Shown: positions 19,559 to 28,016 of the stretch, one piece after another | Numbering within the stretch: position 1 is the first letter of the stretch | Layout: each line of letters begins with the position of its first letter | Assembly (NCBI GenBank): GCA_027493935.1 | Contig: JAOSJV010000010.1 | Location: forward strand, 547,930-611,929 | DNA: 64,000 nt | Source: Burkholderiales bacterium | GTDB lineage: Bacteria; Pseudomonadota; Gammaproteobacteria; Burkholderiales; SG8-39 | Direction: 5' to 3' | Notes under the pieces: model-generated | What the model saw: the letters and a program-made list of their open reading frames with translations, nothing else | What the model was told of the DNA's origin: nothing | The model's database searches: none | Made by a program: the position numbers and the translations under genes

Positions 19559-21919
19559 CTACTTGATGCAGACCGCGCGCACCTGGGCGATGTCGGTGAT
19601 GCCCATCAGCACCTTCTCGACGCCGTCCATCTTCAGGGTGCGCATCCCCTCCTCCAGCGCCACGGCGAGAATCTCCGCCACCCGCGCGTGTTCCTGGATG
19701 AGCTTCTTGATATGATCGCTGCCGACCAGCAGCTCGTGCAGGCCGACCCGCCCCTTGTAGCCCGAGCCGCCGCAGGCGTCGCAGCCGGCCTTCTGGTAGA
19801 GCGTGAACTGCCCCTGCTCGTTGCCGAAGGTCTTGATCCACTCGCGGTACACGGCCTCATAGGCCGACTTCGGGTCCTTCTTGAACGAAGCGGTATTCAG
19901 CAGTTCCTGGCAGTACTCCGTGATCAGCGCCTTGACCTCCTCCTGTCCGGGGCTGTAGGCCGCCTTGCACTTCGAGCACAGCCGCTTCGCGAGGCGCTGC
20001 GCCAGCACGCCGAGCAGGGCGTCGGCGAAGTTGAACGGGTCCATACCCATGTCGAGCAGGCGGATGATCGACTCGGGCGCGCTGTTCGTATGCAGGGTCG
20101 CGAACACCAAGTGGCCGGTGAGCGAGGCCTCGATGCCGATCGCGGTCGTTTCCTTGTCGCGCATCTCGCCGACCATGATGATGTCCGGATCGGCGCGCAG
20201 GAAGGCCTTCATCACCGTGGCGAAATCGAGTCCCGCCTTGCGGTTCACCTGCACCTGGCGCAGACCCTTCTGCGTGATCTCGACCGGATCCTCGGCCGTC
20301 CAGATCTTGGTATCGGGCGTGTTCAGGTACTTCAGGATCGAGTGCAGTGTGGTCGTCTTGCCCGAGCCGGTCGGCCCACAGACGAAGAACAGACCGTAGG
20401 GCTTCTCGACGGTCGCCTTCAACGCGCCGAGGTTGTAGGGCGAGAGGCCGAGGTTCTCGAGCGGGATCGGTTCGCCGGCGGCCAGGATCCGCATCACGAC
20501 GTCCTCGACCCCACCGGCGGTCGGGATCGTGGCGACGCGCAGTTCGATGTCGAGCGGGCCGAACTTCTTGAACTTGATCTTGCCGTCCTGCGGCTTGCGG
20601 CGCTCGGAGATGTCGAGGTCGCACATGATCTTCAGGCGCGCGACGAGCGAGTTGCGGTAGGACGCCGGCACCTCGATGTAGGGCGCGAGCGAGCCGTCCT
20701 TGCGGAACCGGATCTCGGTCTTCGCCTTGCCGGGATAGGACTCGATGTGGATGTCGGACGCGCCCTGCTGGTAGGCCTCGACGATGATCTTGTTGACGAG
20801 CTTCACCAGCTCGTTGTCGGCGGCCGCGGAGAGGTCGTCGTTGCCTGCGTCCTCGGACCCCTCTTCGTCCATCCCCGAGAGGAGATCGCCGATGTCACCG
20901 ATGTCGAGGTCGGCACCGAAGAATTGGTTCAGTGTTTCCTTGAATTCGCGCTGGGTCGTGACGACGTACTTGATGCGCCCCTTCTGGAACACGTTGTTGA
21001 CGATCCGCGAGCTCTTGATGCGCTCCGGATCCAGGCACATGACGAGCAGGCCCTCCTTGTTCTCCTCGAGCGGAAGCCACTGGTTCGCGTCGACGTACTC
21101 ACGCTTGAGGTTCTTTAGCAGGTCGATCGGCTTCACGCGCTCGGGCTTGAACGGCTCGTACGGAACGCCGAAGAACTTCGACAGCGCCGCGCCGAGCGCC
21201 GGCAGCTTGACGTTGAACTCCTCGATCAGCGCCGCCTCGATGTCGGTCGCCTTCTTGCGCGCCGAGCGCGCCGCGAGTTCGAACTCGGCGGCCGAGATCA
21301 CCGCGTCGGCCACCAGGAAGTCGTACTTGGTCTTGAGCAGTGCCGGCTTCTGGCGCTGGCGGAAGGCGATCGCGAGCGTCTGGCATAGCTCGGTCACACC
21401 CTCCTCGGCCACGTGCCCGAATGGCTGGCCGGACTTGTTGTTGATCAGCTGCGCCACGCCGATCAGGTCGCCCTTTTCGGGGTCTAGGATCGGCGCGCAG
21501 AGCATTTGCTTGGTGCGGTAGCCGGTGCGCTTGTCGACCTCCTGCAGGAACCGCAGCGACGGGTGATGGCGCTTCAGCTCGGACTCGTCGTAGACATCAT
21601 TGAGGTTAAGGAGCTTCTTCGACATCGCGCAGTAGCCGGCAATCGAGTGCTCCGCGATCGGCAGCTTCAGGTCGCGGAAGGAGTTCAGCCCGATCTTGAC
21701 CTTTGAGATGATCGTCGCCTTGTCGTCGCCGGTGGCGTAGATCGTCAGCCGGTCGGCGTTGAACAGGTGACAGATGTCCGCGCTCACCTCCAGCATTATC
21801 TCGTCGATGTTGCTGGTGGCGTGGATGCGGTTCGTGACGATCTGCAAGCTCTTCTGGAAGGCGAGTCGGGAGTTGACGTCACCCGAGGCGGCAGACGCAG
21901 GGCTCAGCACGGCGCTCAT
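19559..21919 (-). CDS. GAF-domain-containing GspE/PilB-family secretion/pilus ATPase
   Basis: Start at ATG 21919 (MSAVLSP). The N-terminal GAF domain is about 190 aa and is followed by a T2SSE_N-like region. The ATPase core has Walker A GPTGSGKTTT, Walker B DPDIIMVGEMRD, a His box TGHLVFATLHTN and a tetra-Cys site (CSKC...CDAC). Confidence 0.9.
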   Translation of the reverse strand: MSAVLSPASAASGDVNSRLAFQKSLQIVTNRIHATSNIDEIMLEVSADICHLFNADRLTIYATGDDKATIISKVKIGLNSFRDLKLPIAEHSIAGYCAMSKKLLNLNDVYDESELKRHHPSLRFLQEVDKRTGYRTKQMLCAPILDPEKGDLIGVAQLINNKSGQPFGHVAEEGVTELCQTLAIAFRQRQKPALLKTKYDFLVADAVISAAEFELAARSARKKATDIEAALIEEFNVKLPALGAALSKFFGVPYEPFKPERVKPIDLLKNLKREYVDANQWLPLEENKEGLLVMCLDPERIKSSRIVNNVFQKGRIKYVVTTQREFKETLNQFFGADLDIGDIGDLLSGMDEEGSEDAGNDDLSAAADNELVKLVNKIIVEAYQQGASDIHIESYPGKAKTEIRFRKDGSLAPYIEVPASYRNSLVARLKIMCDLDISERRKPQDGKIKFKKFGPLDIELRVATIPTAGGVEDVVMRILAAGEPIPLENLGLSPYNLGALKATVEKPYGLFFVCGPTGSGKTTTLHSILKYLNTPDTKIWTAEDPVEITQKGLRQVQVNRKAGLDFATVMKAFLRADPDIIMVGEMRDKETTAIGIEASLTGHLVFATLHTNSAPESIIRLLDMGMDPFNFADALLGVLAQRLAKRLCSKCKAAYSPGQEEVKALITEYCQELLNTASFKKDPKSAYEAVYREWIKTFGNEQGQFTLYQKAGCDACGGSGYKGRVGLHELLVGSDHIKKLIQEHARVAEILAVALEEGMRTLKMDGVEKVLMGITDIAQVRAVCIK

Positions 21920-22129
21920 GTCATCGCATCCTGTATGGTCTGCAGCCGGTGCCAATCCGGTCGCGCAACGCCCACGCAATCGAGTGCCACGGGTCCCGGC
22001 GGCGCAGCAGGACATGCTAGTCTCCGGGCCGGTGCCGGGCAACCGTGGGCTGCCGGGCGATGCGGCTTATTGCGGCCGTGGGGCGGAACCCGCCCGGCCA
22101 GGGCGCTTCCGGGGGCCCGGAGCGACGTT

Positions 22130-23207
22130 TTAGCGCGCACGGCCCTCGCCTCCGCCGAGACCGCCCTCGAGCACGAAGGCGCGCAGCCCCCGCTGGGCGA
22201 GCAGGAACGCGGCGGCCGCGCTGCGCCGCCCGGTCTGGCAGTACACGACATACTCGCGGGACTTGTCGAGAATCTTCACGGCGTTGCGGATCTCGGCGAG
22301 CGGGATGTTGATCGCTCCGGGAAGCTTGTCGTACTGGTACTCGGACGGATAGCGTACGTCGAGCCACTGCCCGCCTCGCGCTACCTTCTCGCGCGCGATC
22401 TCCATGTTCACGCCGTGCAAGAGCGGCTTCTTCAGCAGCTCATTGAAATCGTTCTTGTCCAAGCGCAGTAGCGTCCCGTCGGTCAGCATCGTGACGGTCG
22501 CGTTGCGTTTGGCGTTGGCCACCAGCGCCTCTTCCCCCGAACGCATCTCCGCTCTTGAGCTCGGCGAGCCGCATGCTGACCCCGCCGACCGATCGCTCGA
22601 CCAGGCACTTGCCGGTCTCGACGACGTAGTAGTAGTCGCCCTCGGCGCCCTCGCGAATCACCACGTCGGCGCGCTTCGCCGTGACCCGCTTGAAGCGCTT
22701 CAGGAGCTCGTTGATGTGCGCGGTGGGGAGTTGCGAGAAAGCGCCACCGGCCTTGAGATTGTTGATGCTGAACAACCCAGTGAGGATGGCCCAGTTGCCG
22801 ATCGAGGGCGCTTCGGCGGCCGGGCTCCGCTTGGCGTCTTCCTCGGCGGCGGCGAGCTGGTCCCAGGTCACCATGATGTCGAGCAGATCGTCGTCGATCC
22901 GGATCATCTCGACGTCGGTGATCGCCTTCGCCGAAGCGAACGGCGTCTTGCGCCCGATCGGGTGGCGCGCCTCGACGGTGCCGCCGACCACCACCTCGGA
23001 GCTGCCGTTGCCGAGGATCAGGGCGAGCTCGCCCTTGAGCAAGTAGACCAGCTGGCCGGCGACGCCCTTCACGCGGAACGGGTCGAGCGTCTTCGAGACG
23101 CGCTCGACGAACGTGAGCTCGGCGAGCTCGGCGAGCCGCGTTCCGGATAGTGCGGCGATCGGCTCCAGGCCGCGCAGCGTTTCAACCTTGACTTTGTCGC
23201 TCGACAT
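22130..23207 (-). pseudogene. Cyclic-nucleotide-binding domain protein with a C-terminal rhodanese domain; frameshift in the C5 run 22534..22538
   Basis: MSSDKVKVE... ADVVIREGAEGDYYYVVETGKCLVERS..LAELKSGDAFG is in the frame of ORF 22440..23999. The continuation EEALVANAKRNATVTMLTDGTLLRLDKNDF plus the rhodanese part (WLDVRYPSEY ... VVYCQTGRRS) is in ORF 22130..22546. Confidence 0.8.
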
Positions 23208-23251
23208 ATTCTCGGGTATCCGTGGCTCGTGGTGCGCCGGCGCACGGCCGG

Positions 23252-24019
23252 CTATATCTCGAAGACCTGATTGTTCTGCAGCATCCGCGGGCGGTACTGC
23301 CCGGCGTACTCCTCGATCTCCTCCATCGAGAGTTCGATTTCGCCGGGCTTCAGGTGGGTGATGAAGATCTCGGCGCTCCGCTCGAGCTTGGCCAGCTCGT
23401 CGGCGAGCATGCTGGGACAGAGGTGCTTGGACATGACCGCGAGCTGCTTCTCCTTGTTCGAAAACGCGCACTCGATGATCAGGTACTTCAGGTTGGCGAT
23501 CCGGTTGACGATCGGCCACAGCTCGTCGTTGGTGGTCGTGTCGCCGGTGAACACCAGGCTGCCGCCGCCGCTGTCGAGCTGGTAGCCGATCGCCGGCACC
23601 ACGTGGTTGGCGGGCAGCACTGTGATGCGCCGGCCGTCGAGCTCGACGGTCTCGCCGAGCCCGATCGCCTGGTAGCGCAGGAACGGCGCCTCGGCGCTCG
23701 GAATCTGCGTGAAGTCCGGCCAGATGCTCCAGTTGAAGATGTGGTTCTTCAGGATCTCGATCGTCGCCGGGATCGCGTACACGGTGAGTGGCTTGTCGCG
23801 CATCTGGCCGACGGTGTCGACCATGAACGGGATCGACGCGATGTGGTCGAGGTGCGAATGGGTCAGGAACACGTGATCGACCGGCGTCAGCTCGGCGAGC
23901 GTCAGGTCGGCGACGCCGGTGCCGGCGTCGATCAACACGTCCTGGTCGAGCAGCATCGAGGTGGTGCGCAGGTGACGCCCGCCGATGCCGCCGCTGCAAC
24001 CGAGGACCCGCAGCCTCAT
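23252..24019 (-). CDS. Class II 3',5'-cyclic-nucleotide phosphodiesterase (metallo-beta-lactamase fold)
   Basis: 255 aa with MRLRVLGCSGG ... LTHSHLDH (HxHLDH signature) and overall CpdP/PDE1-like collinearity. Confidence 0.8.
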   Translation of the reverse strand: MRLRVLGCSGGIGGRHLRTTSMLLDQDVLIDAGTGVADLTLAELTPVDHVFLTHSHLDHIASIPFMVDTVGQMRDKPLTVYAIPATIEILKNHIFNWSIWPDFTQIPSAEAPFLRYQAIGLGETVELDGRRITVLPANHVVPAIGYQLDSGGGSLVFTGDTTTNDELWPIVNRIANLKYLIIECAFSNKEKQLAVMSKHLCPSMLADELAKLERSAEIFITHLKPGEIELSMEEIEEYAGQYRPRMLQNNQVFEI

Positions 24020-24032
24020 CCTTGCGTCCCGC

Positions 24033-26263
24033 CTACTTTTCCGCGAATGTCGTCACGCCGTCCCACCGTCCCGCAGGCGGGTGCGCGCGCAGGCGCGCGA
24101 CGCGCCCGGCATAGATCTCGTACAGGGGTATCTGCGGGTATAGCCGCTGCATGTTGAACAGCGCGAGCTCGGCCTGGTCCCAGTCGCCGGCGCGGTAGGC
24201 CTTGAGCGCCTGCTGCCACAGCCTGAGCTCCTCGGCGCGCGGCTTGCCGACCGCGCCTTCCGGCCCGACCGGCTCGTAGATCGCCACCGGCGCGTCCTTG
24301 CCCTTGACCCGCACGCGATCGAGTTCGCGGAACACCATCCCACCCACCGCCTGGCGGGTCGCCTCGCCAACGATGATGCCGACGCCGTACTGCTTCGTCA
24401 GGCCTTCCAGCCGCGACGCGAGGTTGACCGCGTCACCGAGCACGGTGTACGCCTTGCGCAGCTGCGAACCCATGTCTCCCACCCGCATCGGCCCGGTGTT
24501 GATGCCGATGCCGATCCTGAGCTCCGGCCAGCCGCGCGCGCGGAACCGCACATTCAATGGTCCGAGCGCCGCCTGCATGTCGACCGCCGCGGCAACCGCC
24601 TGCGCGGCGTGGCGCGGCTCGCCGACCGGCGCCCCCCAGAACGCCATGATCGCGTCGCCGATGTACTTGTCCAGCGTGCCGCGATGCTCGCCGATGACGC
24701 GGCTCATCTCGGTCAGGTACTCGTTCAGGAGCTGCGAGAGCTCCCGCGGCTCCATTCCTTCGGCGATCGACGTGAAGCCGCGGATGTCCGAGAAGAGCAC
24801 CGTCAGCTCCTCGCTGCGGCCTTCCATGGTGTACTTGCCCGGGTTGCGCGCCATCTGGTCGACCAGCTCCGGCGGAACGTACTGGCCGAAGAGCTCCGTG
24901 AACTGGCGCTTCGCGCGCGACTCGACGAAATAACCGTACGACATGTTCAGCGCGAACATACCGACGGTCATAAGCAAACTGCTTGCCAAAGGCAGGGCGA
25001 GATGGGCCGTTTGCCACACGCCGACGTTCAAACCCGCGTACCCGGCGAGCGCCGCCCCGGCAGCGAGCGTGGCCCGCAGGGGCGAGAGCATCGGCAGCAG
25101 CAAGGCGAGCGCCAGACCACCCGCAACCAGCAGCACCATCTCGGCCCCGAGCGCGTAGGGGGCCGGCCCTTGAGCGTCCCGTCGAGCATTCCGGCGATCA
25201 GGTTCGCGTGCACCTCGACGCCGGGGAACGCCCGGTTCACGGGGGTCGCCCGCAGATCGACTAGCCCCGGCGCCGAGGTGCCGACGAGCGTGATGCGGCC
25301 GCGCAGTCTCTCGGGCGGCACCCGGTCGAGGTAGACGTCGATCAGCGACAGGTAGGGGAAGGAGCGGACGTCGCCGCGGTAGGGGATCAGCGCGGCGGCG
25401 TTCTCGTCCACGGGGACGCGCAGCTTGCCGACCGCGAGCCACTCCAGGCCGCTGTAGGTCGGGGTCATGAACAGATCGGGCGGATAGCCGGGCTCGATCG
25501 GCGGGAAGCCAAGCAGCATACGCACCAGGGCGAGAGCGAGCGGCTCGTAGTAGCGTCCCTGGTACTCCGCGAGCATCGGCACGCGGCGCACGACGCCGTC
25601 CTCGTCCACCACCGGGTTGAAATGGCCGGCCGCGGCCGCCGCGGCCTGGAACGCCGGCAGGTTGCCGCCATAGCCGCCCCAGCGGGTGAACGGAATCGCC
25701 CGCCCGGAGAACGTGCCCGCCGGCAGCACCGGAGCCGGAATCGCGCCGTGCGCCGCGCGGCTGCCGGCCTCAGCCTCGCTGGTGAAGTAGTAGCCGAGGA
25801 CGACCGGCCGGCCTCTGATCGCGCGCGCGAACCGGGCGTCGTGATCGAGTTCCGGGCGCAGCCGCCCAAGCGCGGTCTGGAACTCGACGTTCTCCTTGAG
25901 CTCGCCCGCGGCGAGCCGCTCGAGGACCGGCAGCCCGCTGGAGGCGTCCGGCTCGGCATTCACGACGTCAAAGCCGAGCGCCGCGATCCGGTACTTGTCG
26001 AACAGCTTGTCGACCAGCGCGGCGACCTTGTCGCGTCCCCATGGCCAGCGTCCAAGCTCGGGCGCCGCAAGGCTCTTCTCGTCGATGTCCAGGATGACGA
26101 TGCGTTCGTCGACGCCGCCCGTCATGGTCAGGCGCAGACGCGCATCGTAGATGATGTAGTCCAGCCGGTTGACCAGCTCGATCTGGTAGAACTTCGCAGC
26201 GTGGCCGGCGAACAGCGCGAGCACCGCGAGCCCCAGCACGATCCTCGCGAGATGCTTCCTCAC
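24033..26263 (-). pseudogene. CHASE2-sensor class III adenylate/guanylate cyclase; frameshift in the G5 run 25158..25162
   Basis: The CHASE2 part is in ORF 25028..26263 (..IVILDIDEKSL..GRWPWGRDK.. up to LIAGMLDGTLKGRP). The TM segments and cyclase domain are in ORF 24033..25442 (YALGAEMV.., LTVLFSDIRGFT, KYIGDAIMAFWGAP, YTVLGDAVNLASRLE). Confidence 0.88.
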
Positions 26264-26336
26264 CGCGTGCGCCTCCGGGCCGCGTCCGAAATCTGGCTGC
26301 CGTTCGTCCGGCCAGTGCGCCCTGGCGCGCGGCCCG

Positions 26337-27155
26337 TCAGGTCTTGAAGAAGAACTCCATCTTGACGCCGGCGAGCTCGAGCACGTCGTGGTCGTTCAGC
26401 GCGTGCGCCTGCGCATCGAGCGACTTGCCGTTAACGATCGGGAAGTTCGCACCCTCGACGTGGGTGATGAAGTAGCCCTGCGGCCGGCGCGTGATCACCG
26501 CCACCTGCACGCCGGGCTTGCCGAGAGTGGTCAGCGCCTTGGTGAGCTCCATCTCTTTGCCGGCGTTCGCGCCGGAAAGGATCTGGATCGAGGCGACGCG
26601 ACCCGAGGCCATCGGCTGCGAACTCGCCATTGCGGGCTGCGGCTGCGACTGCGCGTTCAGGATCGGCATCGGCTGCGGGGCGCCTGCGGCTGGCGACCCT
26701 GGCGTCGCCGGCGGCGGGCTCATCGTCGGCATGCCCTGCGAAGAGGACATCGTGCCCATCGGCTGTAAGGGGCCCGGGCCTGCGACCGGCGCGCCGGCCT
26801 TCGGCATCGCGCCGGGCCGGATGACCATGGTCTTCTCGAAATCCTGCTGCCCCTTGGCCGCGGCGGGCGCGTCCGAGATGTACTTGAGCTTGTACTTGCC
26901 GAGCTCGATCACATCCGCGTTCTGCAGGAAGTGCTTCTTGATCGGCTGTCCGTTCACCAGCGTCCCGTTCGTGCTGCCGAGGTCCTCCAAGAACGAGTCG
27001 TTGAGGATGGTGACGATCACGGCGTGCTCGCCGGACACCGCCAGGTTGTCGATCTGGATGTCGTTGTGCGGCTTGCGGCCGATGGTGGTCCGCTCTTTCG
27101 TGAGCGTGATCTCCTTCAGTACCAGCCCATCCATACTGAGAATCAGCTTCGCCAT
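26337..27155 (-). CDS. FHA-domain protein (N-terminal FHA, Pro/Ala/Met-rich linker, C-terminal FHA-like domain)
   Basis: Start at ATG 27155 (MAKLILSMDG). The FHA signature reads TIGRKPHNDIQIDNLAVSGEHAVI ... GSTNGTLVNG. The second beta-rich domain ends ...NDHDVLELAGVKMEFFF. Confidence 0.85.
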   Translation of the reverse strand: MAKLILSMDGLVLKEITLTKERTTIGRKPHNDIQIDNLAVSGEHAVIVTILNDSFLEDLGSTNGTLVNGQPIKKHFLQNADVIELGKYKLKYISDAPAAAKGQQDFEKTMVIRPGAMPKAGAPVAGPGPLQPMGTMSSSQGMPTMSPPPATPGSPAAGAPQPMPILNAQSQPQPAMASSQPMASGRVASIQILSGANAGKEMELTKALTTLGKPGVQVAVITRRPQGYFITHVEGANFPIVNGKSLDAQAHALNDHDVLELAGVKMEFFFKT

Positions 27156-27169
27156 GGCAGTGTCCCCAC

Positions 27170-27994
27170 TTATCTCAACCAGCCGAACAATCGCGACACC
27201 CAACCGCGCGGAACCGAGAAGTCGCGCAGCACGCGCACCAGGATGACGGACACGTTGTCGCGCCCGCCGTTGTCGTTCGCCATCTGCACCAGCTGCTGCG
27301 CGGCGAGCTTCAGGTTCGCCGACAGCGTCTGCACCGTGAGCCCGATGTCCTCGTCGGTCACCATGTCGTTCAGGCCGTCGGAACACAGCAGCCAGACGTC
27401 GCCCGGACGGGTGTCGTACTCGCGGATCTCGGGCTCCACCGTCGGGTCGATGCCGAGCGCGCGTGTGACGAGATTCTTGTTCTGCGAGAACCGCGCCTGC
27501 TCGGGCGTGATCATGCCGCTGTCGATCTGCTCCTGCAGCAGCGAGTGGTCCTTGGTGATCTGCTCGAACACCTCGTCGCGCAGCCGGTACACGCGCGAAT
27601 CGCCGATGTGCGCGATCAGCACCCGGTTGTCGTAGAACACGGCCGCCACCAGCGTGGTGCCCATCCCGGCGTACTGCGGCTGGCTCTGCGCCGCCTGGAA
27701 GATCGATGTGTTCGCCTTCTCGATCTGCTCGCGCAGCATCCGCTCGGCGTACGGTCGGCCATTCAGCGGGTCGGCGCGGTAGGGCGGGTTGTCCTCGAGC
27801 AGATGCTGCAGTTCGGTCGTGATGACGGTCGTGGCCATGCCGCTCGCCACTTCGCCCGCGTTGTAGCCGCCCATGCCGTCGGCGAGCACGACCAGGCCTT
27901 TCGAGGCATCGGCCGCGATCGAATCCTCGTTGTGAGATCGAACGATGCCCGGATCGGTGCAGCTCGCGATCTCGATGGCCTGGCTGAGGTTCAT
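27170..27994 (-). CDS. PP2C-family Ser/Thr protein phosphatase
   Basis: Start at ATG 27994 (MNLSQ). Motifs present: RSHNEDS, LADGMGG, HIGDSRVY, LLCSDGL and GGRDNVSVILV. Confidence 0.9.
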   Translation of the reverse strand: MNLSQAIEIASCTDPGIVRSHNEDSIAADASKGLVVLADGMGGYNAGEVASGMATTVITTELQHLLEDNPPYRADPLNGRPYAERMLREQIEKANTSIFQAAQSQPQYAGMGTTLVAAVFYDNRVLIAHIGDSRVYRLRDEVFEQITKDHSLLQEQIDSGMITPEQARFSQNKNLVTRALGIDPTVEPEIREYDTRPGDVWLLCSDGLNDMVTDEDIGLTVQTLSANLKLAAQQLVQMANDNGGRDNVSVILVRVLRDFSVPRGWVSRLFGWLR

Positions 27995-28016
27995 GTTCCG
28001 ATCGTCTCTTGCGCGG

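Noticed and set aside
21975-21988. Sigma54-like element TGGCAC-TCGA-TTGC upstream of the GAF-PilB-like ATPase gene
   Set aside because: The spacer is 4 nt instead of the invariant 5 nt between TGGCAC and TTGC, so the -24/-12 phasing is wrong. I did not call it as a promoter.
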